A stretch of 64,000 nucleotides of DNA from an uncultured Spirochaetota bacterium (GTDB lineage: Bacteria; Spirochaetota; Brevinematia; Brevinematales; JAOACQ01): contig CAVYGN010000002.1 in the NCBI GenBank assembly GCA_963768055.1, forward strand, positions 448,001-512,000, read 5' to 3'. Made by a program: the position numbers and the translations under genes. Numbering within the stretch: position 1 is the stretch's first letter; every line of letters begins with the position of its first letter. This document shows positions 55,962 through 64,000 of the stretch, one piece after another. The notes below the pieces were generated by a model, which made no database searches, had not been told where the DNA came from, and was given only the letters and a program-made list of their open reading frames with translations.

Positions 55962-56671
55962 AGAAAACAAAAACCGAGGCGCCTTTCTGGGACCATGTGG
56001 TGGAATTACGAAATCGAATGCTCTGGGTTGTCGCGGCTGTTGTAGTATTTTCTATAGCAGGTTATATTATTTTTCCTTATTTTGTTCAGTTTATATCGGG
56101 GATCCTGGGTGAAAAGCTTTATATCAATACCATAGCCGAGGGGTTTTTCACAAGGATGGATGTTTCTTTAATATTCGGCTGCATCTGCGCGCTTCCATTA
56201 TTTATTATCCAGGTTTGTCTTTTCACTTTTCCAGGACTTACGGGGCATGAAAAAAAAATCGTGCTATGGTCGATTATCGCCGCATTCGCTCTTTTCTCGA
56301 CAGGCATATTTTTTACCTTTCAATCCGTACTTCCGGCCTCGCTGAGATTTTTTAAAGCGGAGGGAATTTTCCCGGGTAATGTAGGGATGATGATTAATTA
56401 TTCAAAGTTCATCGAGTTTATTTTTAAGTTCATGCTGGCCTGCGGGCTCTGTTTTGAATTTCCTGTAGTCCTTATAGTGCTTCTCCAGTTCAATATACTC
56501 ACTACAGCGATCCTTGTAAAAAATTTAAAATATGTGATTGTAGTCATTTTCATTCTTGCGGCCGTTCTGGCCCCTGACGTGATCTCCCAGATAACCCTTG
56601 CCTTGCCTATGGTTATCCTTTATCTTTTGACATTAATGGCCGCTTCATTTTTCAGAATAGGGGCCCGGTGA
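55958..56671 (+). CDS. tatC: Twin-arginine translocase subunit TatC
   Basis: PFWDHVVELRNR, FPGL..E, GLCFEFP, APDVISQ...PM..LY. Confidence 0.93.
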   Translation: MKKTKTEAPFWDHVVELRNRMLWVVAAVVVFSIAGYIIFPYFVQFISGILGEKLYINTIAEGFFTRMDVSLIFGCICALPLFIIQVCLFTFPGLTGHEKKIVLWSIIAAFALFSTGIFFTFQSVLPASLRFFKAEGIFPGNVGMMINYSKFIEFIFKFMLACGLCFEFPVVLIVLLQFNILTTAILVKNLKYVIVVIFILAAVLAPDVISQITLALPMVILYLLTLMAASFFRIGAR

Positions 56672-56961
56672 TGCTCGATAACTGGATTGGCGAGATCCTC
56701 CTTATAATGCTTCTGATATTCTTTATCTGCCCGCGGGATATTCCAAAAATATTGCGGGCAATAGGAAAATTCTTAGGGTCTTTGAGCAAATACCGGGAAC
56801 AGGCGGAAGCCTTTCAAAAAGAATTGATCGCCGGGCTTAATGCAGATGACCTGAAAGACGGTATCGACGAACTCCGGCAGGGGGTTGCAGATTTAAAATA
56901 TGGCATAAAAAAACCCGTGATTAAAACCTCGTCGAAAAGAAACTCTCGACCTCGCGGATGA
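56668..56961 (+). CDS. TatB-like subunit
   Basis: GEILLI...CPRDIP..LRAIGK resembles the TatB GP..LP motif; GTGA overlap with tatC stop. Confidence 0.65.
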   Translation: MMLDNWIGEILLIMLLIFFICPRDIPKILRAIGKFLGSLSKYREQAEAFQKELIAGLNADDLKDGIDELRQGVADLKYGIKKPVIKTSSKRNSRPRG

Positions 56962-59407
56962 TTGAATTCAAACTACCGCTGATGATCCTTGCCGGAGGGA
57001 GCGACGATAAAAAAACCTGGCCGTATTTTTTTGTTTTTATCCTGTTATCGAGGATTGCTATCACGCCTTTATCGCTTTTGCTGCGGATCAGCCTTCCCAT
57101 CCCCTGCTTGAGCCTGAGGACAGCCCGCGGCAGGCTGTAGCTCATAAACGGATTGATATCTTTATATTCCATCAATTTAACCTTGGCTTTATAGATAGGA
57201 TCGGCCGGGGAATCGAAGGGCAGTTTTTCGATTATCACGCACCTGAGATTATCGCCCTGTATATCGATACCTTCCCAAAAACTTGAGGTTGCGAATAGCA
57301 CAACATTAGGATGTTCGGACATCCTGGCCAGGAGTTCTCCCCTCGGAGCTTCTCCCTGTTTTAAAGGGTACAAACCCTCTTTCGACAATTCATCCTTCAA
57401 AATTTCATGCATCTGGTTAAGCCTGACATAAGATGTAAAAAGGGCAAGGACCCCGCCCTCGCTCATCAGTGACAGTTCTTTTACAAGCATGGTCTTTTCT
57501 TTCGTCACGTTGCCATGATCCAGATCGTCTTCCAGGATATATATCTCGGCCTGCCTGCTGTAATCGAAGGGGGATGAGAGGCTGACCTCGTCCTTTTCCT
57601 TGTTTTTAGCGATTTGAAGGCCCACGCCGAGAGTAAAATAATCGAACCTGTTATTTATCATGAGGGTGGCAGATGTAAAGATCGTGAAATCCTTTTTTGA
57701 AAAAATAGAATTTGCAAGGAAGTCGCCGACTTCAAGAGGGCTGTAATAAAAGCGGATATTTTTCTTAGTGATCTCGATCCATTTAACAAAGTTTATCTCA
57801 TTTTCAGTGTTGAAAATAAGGTTGTAAATAATATTCGATTCGGACAAACTCGACATCCTGTACCCTATCGTTTGAATAATATCCAGGGCCTCCCTTCTAA
57901 CAGCCATATCCTTAAGCCTCTCCGAAAGCCTTTCAAAATGTACCGTAAACTGGTTTAACCTTTTAAATATCCCGCCAAGCGCACCGGAAAGTTCGGAAAA
58001 ATCGGGACTTTTGATAAAGTCTTCGTCAATTCCTATTGAATTCGTCTCCCTTGTCCATTTACTCAAAACGTCCTGCATGTCTAATAAAAATTCCGAGAGT
58101 ACCCGGGTAAGCTCCCGCTGCATTTTCATCATTTCTTCAAAGGCAAGCGCCGTTTCAGGATGGGAATCGATATCACTCCTTTTTTTAAGCAGGGTGAACA
58201 GTCCCAGTCCCTTTCCCTTCTTCTCGCTGTAAAGTTTCCGTAGCTGGTATAGAAGGGACTGGACTGAGAAGTCCTTTGAAAGGGTCTTGAGTGAAACATC
58301 CTCGAGATGATGCGCTTCATCAAAAACTATACCCGAAAAGAACGGCAGCATGATCCTCCGGCTTTCTTCATCGATCGCGCTGAAGACAAGCGAATGGTTG
58401 GCTATTATTATATTGGATTTTTCAGCCTGGAGCCTTGCCCTGTAATAAAAACAATCCCTGTAATATTCACATTTTCTCCGCGGACACCCGGCTGAGTCGC
58501 AAGCCACCTCTTCCCAGATCTCTTCACTGACATAATCGCCGAATTCGCCGATCGTTCCCTCCTCGCACCTTCTGCACCATTCCTCAATATCAAAGATCAC
58601 GCTCGTCCGCCCTTCATCTCCGAAAAGCGAGTCCTGCTTTTCCTTATCTTTTATCAGGTCATATAACTTCTTTTTACAGAGATAATTGCCTTTGCCGATA
58701 AGCACCGCATAATTTATTTTTTTCTTTAGGTAGGCTTTAATGACTTTCTCCACTATAAGCATGTCTTTACCGGCTATCTGCTGCTGGAGATTGATAGTAT
58801 GGGTGGAAACTATCACCCTTTTCTTGTTCTCCAGGGCCCAGACAGCGGCGGGGATCAGATACGACAATGATTTCCCGGTCCCTGTTCCTGCCTCGGATAT
58901 CAGTATCCTGGATTCGTTAACAGCTTCTATTACCGATTTGACGAGCCTGATCTGCTCCTCCCTTGGTTCAAAATTCCCGATGTTCTCCGAAAGTATGCCC
59001 CCATCCTCGAAAATGTCGGCGACTTCTCCCGCCTTCAGGTAAACCCTGCCCTCCGGTTTAAAAACAACATTTACAAAGGTAAGGGTATTATCGACAATAT
59101 AAAAACCTATTTTTTTATTGGCTAATTCTGCGGCGAGCTGTATATCATTTTCGGAAGCCCTTAGAAGGTTTCCACCCGGGTCTTCTCCCGGGTGGTTATG
59201 AATAAGGACATCGCCCTGTAGTGTATCCATGAGTACCACCGGGGCAGAAACCTCGTTTCCATAGGCCATTGCCTGCGCCTCATTTACAATTCCGTTCCGG
59301 TCTACGCTGCCGACGAAAGAAACCTCCTGGCCTGAATTAGACAGGATTTCGTTCCTGATAAAATCTATCGCTTCGGGTGTAAAACACTCAGATGCAAGTT
59401 TTTTCAA
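56921..59407 (-). CDS. dinG: DinG/XPD-family helicase with N-terminal JAB/MPN domain
   Basis: EAGTGTGKS, Fe-S cysteines, DEAH, LFTSY, FWEGID, QGMGRLIR; N-terminal E...HNHP...ASEND. Confidence 0.9.
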   Translation of the reverse strand: MKKLASECFTPEAIDFIRNEILSNSGQEVSFVGSVDRNGIVNEAQAMAYGNEVSAPVVLMDTLQGDVLIHNHPGEDPGGNLLRASENDIQLAAELANKKIGFYIVDNTLTFVNVVFKPEGRVYLKAGEVADIFEDGGILSENIGNFEPREEQIRLVKSVIEAVNESRILISEAGTGTGKSLSYLIPAAVWALENKKRVIVSTHTINLQQQIAGKDMLIVEKVIKAYLKKKINYAVLIGKGNYLCKKKLYDLIKDKEKQDSLFGDEGRTSVIFDIEEWCRRCEEGTIGEFGDYVSEEIWEEVACDSAGCPRRKCEYYRDCFYYRARLQAEKSNIIIANHSLVFSAIDEESRRIMLPFFSGIVFDEAHHLEDVSLKTLSKDFSVQSLLYQLRKLYSEKKGKGLGLFTLLKKRSDIDSHPETALAFEEMMKMQRELTRVLSEFLLDMQDVLSKWTRETNSIGIDEDFIKSPDFSELSGALGGIFKRLNQFTVHFERLSERLKDMAVRREALDIIQTIGYRMSSLSESNIIYNLIFNTENEINFVKWIEITKKNIRFYYSPLEVGDFLANSIFSKKDFTIFTSATLMINNRFDYFTLGVGLQIAKNKEKDEVSLSSPFDYSRQAEIYILEDDLDHGNVTKEKTMLVKELSLMSEGGVLALFTSYVRLNQMHEILKDELSKEGLYPLKQGEAPRGELLARMSEHPNVVLFATSSFWEGIDIQGDNLRCVIIEKLPFDSPADPIYKAKVKLMEYKDINPFMSYSLPRAVLRLKQGMGRLIRSKSDKGVIAILDNRIKTKKYGQVFLSSLPPARIISGSLNSIIREVESFFSTRF

Positions 59408-59423
59408 TTAAGGCTCCTTGTTG

Positions 59424-61994
59424 TCACTGCTCCTGCTGCTTTCCGTTCAATAAATTGTTCATTTCATCAGTTCCAATAAGAACTTCCCTTGGTTTGCTGG
59501 AAGTCGTGGAGGGCCCGATTATCCTCATTTTATCCATCGCCTCGATAAGACGGGAAGCCCGGTTATAACCGATCCGAAATCGGCGCTGAAGATATGATGC
59601 AGAAATCTCTCCGTTTTCAACCGCCGCCCTGAGCGAATCCGCGAAGAGAGGGTCGTCGCGGTAATCCACGTTGTACGCAGCTTCAACTTCCTGGACCGGA
59701 ACAGACATCAGATTTTCAACATCGATAATATAATCGGCGTTCCCGTTCCTCTTCAGCTCTTTGACAAGGTTTTCAACATCATTATTCGAAACATTCGGAG
59801 ACTGGATACGCAGCATATCGGTAAAGCTCGGCGTCATAAAAAGCATGTCACCTTTCCCGAGGAGCTTTTCCGCCCCGCTTTTATCGAGGATGGTCCTCGA
59901 ATCTGTCTGGGAACTGACTCGAAAGGCTATCCGGGAAGGAAAATTCGCTTTTATTATTCCTGTGACTACATCGACGCTTGGCCTCTGTGTAGCGACGACA
60001 AGATGGATTCCTACAGCCCTTGCCATAGCCGCGATCCTTGAAATCACTTTTTCGGTTTCCTTGGGAAGCCTGAGCATTAAATTGGCAAATTCGTCGATTA
60101 CTATGACTATATATGGAAAATACTCGAAGGCTATTTCTTTTTTATCTCTTTCCGCCGGATTTAATTTCTTAACCTCCCTGTTATAATCTTCCATATTCCT
60201 GACCCCGAAATCACTTAAGAGTTTGTACCTTTTATCCATTTCAGCGGAGGTCCATTCAAGAACGGCAATCGCCTCTTCCGGTTTAGTTATCACCGGGGCA
60301 AGTAAATGGGGAATGCCGTTATAAAGTTCAAGTTCGACCATTTTCGGGTCTATAAAAATAAATTTCACTTCATCGGCTGTCTTTTTGAAAGTTATCCCTC
60401 CGATCAGGGAATTTATATAAACGCTTTTCCCGCTTCCGGTCGTTCCGGCTATAAGCAAGTGAGGCATTTCAGTCAGATCCTCGATAACTATGTTGCCTGC
60501 GATGTCCTTTCCAAGGATAAGCGGCAGTTTTGCCTTAGTTTTGCCGAACTCTTCACTTTCAATTATCTCCCTTAAAACGACTGTCCTCCTGAACTTGTTT
60601 GGTACCTCGACACCGATAATGCTTTTGTTGCCGATCGGGGCAACGATGCGTATATTGCGCGTCCCAAGATTAAGGGCCAGATCGTCTGTAAGATTGACAA
60701 TATTTTTCAATTTAAGGCCCGAAGGAGGAACTATTTCGTACCGGGTGATCGCGGGACCCCTCGAATGGCCGGAAACCCTGATTTCTATTTTAAAACTGGC
60801 AAAGGTATTTTCTATGATCCTGGAAACCCTGTCAATTTCCTCATTCTCCTCAGCCCGTGAAAAAGTCTCGAGCCCCTTTTCCAGTTTATTTTTATCAGGA
60901 AATATATACGGCCCGTTCAACTCCTCGACCGGAAAGAGCTCCTCAACAGGAGAAATCTCTTCGACCTTCCTCGATTGCGCTACCTCGGCATAATCGGCTT
61001 CTCCGACTATTTCTTCCACTTCCAATCCATCATTATCGATAATTTCATGCACAATTTCCTTTTCAATATTTTCTCCGTCCCGATCCGTCTCTTCCAGAAC
61101 AATGCCGTCACTAAGGATCGGAACAATTTCATCCTGTAAAGCCTTGCCGGGAAGGGGTTCATCCCGCCCCTGCGGGAAGCTGGCTTGTAAAGACGGCTGT
61201 TCATCAAACTCCCCGTCAAAATGCCTGTCTATTTCAGCCAATACCCCTCCGGGCCCTTTTTCGTCCAAAAGCCATGCGGGAGCTGCTGCATTATCCTCAA
61301 TTATATGTGCCTCTTTTGCAGGCTTTTGCTTTAAAAACGCGGGTTCCACACCCTCAGGATGCGATTTCTCTTCACCTTCTCCGTCCCTGCGAATCGACAG
61401 GACGTCCCCCCTTTCGAGGGCAAGCCCCCTTTCGATGATTTCCTCTTTGTTGAACAATAGGCCGAATAGCTGAAAAGGAGCGAGGATGAACAGGCCGACT
61501 ATCCTTGCCAATCCGTAAGTCATACTTCTGAACAGCTTCATTGCAGAGGTCAGGGAAAAAAGGAGAAGGAGTGAGAAAATCCCGATAATGATATAACTAT
61601 TAATCAATTCCGAAAGACTTTTCGATATTGCCAGCCCCAGCAGGCCTGCTTCTATATAAGTCGTTTTAGGATAGACTTCCGCAATTATAACTGAAATGCT
61701 TATCGTCACAAAAATGAACAGGGCTGCCTTGATGAAGATCCTTCCTATCTTTGACCCGACCATTATGTTTATGCCTATAACGAACATACCGAATGCAACA
61801 GCCAGCGAGGCATATTTTCCGTAAAGTAATACCAGGGGCGAAGAAATCCATACGCCGAATGTTCCAGCCATGTTCATAGCCGGCCGATTCACCTTTGACA
61901 CGAGAAATGCAGAGTCCATAGGATTAAAACTGAGGAGAGCCAGGACCAGGACGGCTGACAGGGCAATAAAAGAATATCCGAAAAAAACTCTCAT
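59424..61994 (-). CDS. ftsK: DNA translocase FtsK/SpoIIIE
   Basis: N-terminal TMs, acidic linker, PHLLIAGTTGSGKS, IDPKMVEL, ATQRPSVDV, gamma domain LQRRFRIGYNRA. Confidence 0.96.
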   Translation of the reverse strand: MRVFFGYSFIALSAVLVLALLSFNPMDSAFLVSKVNRPAMNMAGTFGVWISSPLVLLYGKYASLAVAFGMFVIGINIMVGSKIGRIFIKAALFIFVTISISVIIAEVYPKTTYIEAGLLGLAISKSLSELINSYIIIGIFSLLLLFSLTSAMKLFRSMTYGLARIVGLFILAPFQLFGLLFNKEEIIERGLALERGDVLSIRRDGEGEEKSHPEGVEPAFLKQKPAKEAHIIEDNAAAPAWLLDEKGPGGVLAEIDRHFDGEFDEQPSLQASFPQGRDEPLPGKALQDEIVPILSDGIVLEETDRDGENIEKEIVHEIIDNDGLEVEEIVGEADYAEVAQSRKVEEISPVEELFPVEELNGPYIFPDKNKLEKGLETFSRAEENEEIDRVSRIIENTFASFKIEIRVSGHSRGPAITRYEIVPPSGLKLKNIVNLTDDLALNLGTRNIRIVAPIGNKSIIGVEVPNKFRRTVVLREIIESEEFGKTKAKLPLILGKDIAGNIVIEDLTEMPHLLIAGTTGSGKSVYINSLIGGITFKKTADEVKFIFIDPKMVELELYNGIPHLLAPVITKPEEAIAVLEWTSAEMDKRYKLLSDFGVRNMEDYNREVKKLNPAERDKKEIAFEYFPYIVIVIDEFANLMLRLPKETEKVISRIAAMARAVGIHLVVATQRPSVDVVTGIIKANFPSRIAFRVSSQTDSRTILDKSGAEKLLGKGDMLFMTPSFTDMLRIQSPNVSNNDVENLVKELKRNGNADYIIDVENLMSVPVQEVEAAYNVDYRDDPLFADSLRAAVENGEISASYLQRRFRIGYNRASRLIEAMDKMRIIGPSTTSSKPREVLIGTDEMNNLLNGKQQEQ

Positions 61995-62185
61995 CGAATA
62001 AGCCCCTTTCTACCACCTTTTGCCATTACTAATTATAAAGCATTAAGCGGAAAAATAAAATAATCTTTACACAAATGTCAAAAATTGACGGAGGATTTAC
62101 TCAAATCGTTAATCGCTATTCGTAATACTTGACTTTTTCAACCCTTTGTAAAAAAATAAAGCGCCCTAAGCACAGGATATATATT

Positions 62186-64000
62186 ATGGATAAACCCAAA
62201 ATTCTGATAGTAGAAGATGAAATCATTATCGCGAAAGAACTTGAATCCAAACTCAGGAGTACGGGATACGCCATCGCCGGAGTAGTAACGTCCGGCGAAG
62301 AAGCAGTAGAAGAAGCCCTTAAAAAAAAGCCGGATATCATCCTGATGGACATATCCCTGCAGGGGCTTATGACAGGTATAGATGCGGCAGAGGTCATCAG
62401 GAAAACTCAAAACATACCCGTTATTTACCTTACAGCCACTTCCGATGAAGCCACGATTAAAAAAGCCGAAAAAGGAGCCCCCTACGGCTTCATTATTAAA
62501 CCATATACAGACAGAGAACTTCAGACAAATATTGAGATTGCGCTTTTAAGGCACAAGCTTGAGATGCAGTTTATCGATAGGGGAGACTGGCTCACTTCGA
62601 CTTTTGACAGTATGGGCGATGCCGTCATTGCCACGGACAGGAATAGCATCATACTCAAGATGAACCCGCTTTCAGAAAAATTAACCGGATGGGGCAAAGA
62701 CGAGGCGATCGGTAAAAAAATTTCAGAGGTTTTTCAGACAATCGATGAAAAAACAGGTGAAGACCTCACAAACAGCCTTTTAAAAAATATTGAGAGAAAA
62801 TTAAGCGACAGCCTGCTCAATACCCAGATCCTCATTTCCAGGACCGGCGAAAAAATATATATAGATAAAAACGCTGAACCTATCAAAGATGAAAACGGAA
62901 GGATACTGGGAGTCGTCCTGATATTCAGGGATGTAAGCGAAAAAAGGACGCTCCAGCAGAGAATACTGGATTCCGAAAAAAAATTCCGTCATATATTCAA
63001 CCAGGCCAACGACGGTATTTTTCTCTTTGAAAAAGATATATTAAGGGACTGCAACGATAAAGCCAGGAAGCTTTTCGGCTTCAAAAAAGAGGATATAATA
63101 AACTTCCCGGTCGAGAAGCTTTACCCTTATATCCGCATGGAGCCGCCGGAATTGCCCGCCAGAGAAGCATTCGTTAAAATGCTAAGGAATAATATCCACA
63201 AAGGCGAATTCATGATGAGAAAGGCCGACGGATCTCTTATCGAGGCTGAAATCAACCTTTCCAGTGTAGAAATCGACAATAAATCGATGGAACTTGTCTT
63301 CGTACACGATATAACCGAAAGGAACAAACTGGAGGAAGCGCTTCAGAAAAGTGAAAAACAATACAGACAGCTTGTAGAGCTTGCTGAAGAGGGCATCTGG
63401 TCCATCGATAATAAATTCGAGACGACATTCGCAAATCCAAGGATGGCCGCGATGGCAGGTTATACAGTTTCCGAAATGAAGGGAAAATCATTCTATTCCT
63501 TTTTTAGTCCTGATGAGATCAAAAATTTCCCCAAGAACGGCGGAAGAAAAAAACCAAAAAACAGCAATAGTATAGAAGCCCGATTGATAAAAAAAGACAG
63601 ATCGTCTATTTTTGTACGCATGGCAGGTTCCCCCGTAACGAGAGAGGAAAGAATAACTTCAGGTTATATTTTTGTCGTAACCGACATTACCGACATAAAA
63701 AAAGAGCAGGACGAGATAAGGAAACTATCATATGCGGTAGAACAAAGCCCTACCAGTATAGTCATTACCGACGTTGACGGGAATATAGAATATTTCAACC
63801 CCAGGTTTATGGAACTTACCGGATATTCGAGAGAGGAGCTCTACGGCAGGAACCCCCGGATTTTGAAATCGGGAGATATGCCCCGTGAGGATTACATTAA
63901 ATTATGGAATACCATCAGGGAGGGAGGAACCTGGCGAGGTTTGTTTCACAATAAGAAAAAAAACGGAGAATTGTACTGGGAATCCGCGTCCATATCGCCG
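62186..64000 (+). CDS. Receiver + multi-PAS signal transduction protein (3' end outside window)
   Basis: Own translation (absent from the ORF track): MDKPKILIVEDE...PDIILMDI...IYLTA...KPY, then several PAS repeats (SMGDAVIATD, EQSPTSIVITD). Confidence 0.88.
   Translation, partial: MDKPKILIVEDEIIIAKELESKLRSTGYAIAGVVTSGEEAVEEALKKKPDIILMDISLQGLMTGIDAAEVIRKTQNIPVIYLTATSDEATIKKAEKGAPYGFIIKPYTDRELQTNIEIALLRHKLEMQFIDRGDWLTSTFDSMGDAVIATDRNSIILKMNPLSEKLTGWGKDEAIGKKISEVFQTIDEKTGEDLTNSLLKNIERKLSDSLLNTQILISRTGEKIYIDKNAEPIKDENGRILGVVLIFRDVSEKRTLQQRILDSEKKFRHIFNQANDGIFLFEKDILRDCNDKARKLFGFKKEDIINFPVEKLYPYIRMEPPELPAREAFVKMLRNNIHKGEFMMRKADGSLIEAEINLSSVEIDNKSMELVFVHDITERNKLEEALQKSEKQYRQLVELAEEGIWSIDNKFETTFANPRMAAMAGYTVSEMKGKSFYSFFSPDEIKNFPKNGGRKKPKNSNSIEARLIKKDRSSIFVRMAGSPVTREERITSGYIFVVTDITDIKKEQDEIRKLSYAVEQSPTSIVITDVDGNIEYFNPRFMELTGYSREELYGRNPRILKSGDMPREDYIKLWNTIREGGTWRGLFHNKKKNGELYWESASISP

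Noticed and set aside
62116..63491. Short minus-strand ORFs at the window end
   Set aside because: Antisense shadows of the REC-PAS gene starting at 62186

Overview
64-kb bacterial chromosome segment, most likely from a spirochaete (inference from a ~900-aa GreA, a spirochaete-style FlhB N-terminus FFAAEDEGRTEEPT, the rpsF-ssb-rpsR-membrane protein-rplI-dnaB order, and a glyQ-type GlyRS alpha subunit, which points to a Brevinema/Brachyspira-like lineage). Most of it is core genome: ftsH (partial), dxs, a sugar ABC transporter, rsmG, ogt, rlmB, the ribosomal/dnaB cluster, mlaEFD, purD, glyQ, greA, metG, rny, fliPQR-flhB-flhA-flhF-flhG, tat genes, dinG, ftsK and a REC-PAS signalling gene (partial). 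The most interesting parts are: (1) a non-coding block at 15116-15706 with two homologous long hairpin elements in inverted orientation that show compensatory base changes, separated by a heptamer micro-array; (2) an accessory island between purD and glyQ (about 24.3-36.2 kb) with a PIN toxin-antitoxin pair, a Uma2 remnant, a mosaic lipoprotein ending in a bacterial expansin, a thioredoxin/DsbD-like redox pair, and an operon of a putative beta-barrel plus two beta-helix lipoproteins with near-identical N-termini and divergent C-termini; (3) apparent pseudo-enzymes (a HemL-like protein lacking the PLP lysine, a GIY-YIG protein lacking Arg/Glu) and a JAB/MPN-DinG fusion. No rRNA, tRNA, CRISPR array or intact transposase was recognised. 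All calls come from reading motifs by eye; no database search was run.
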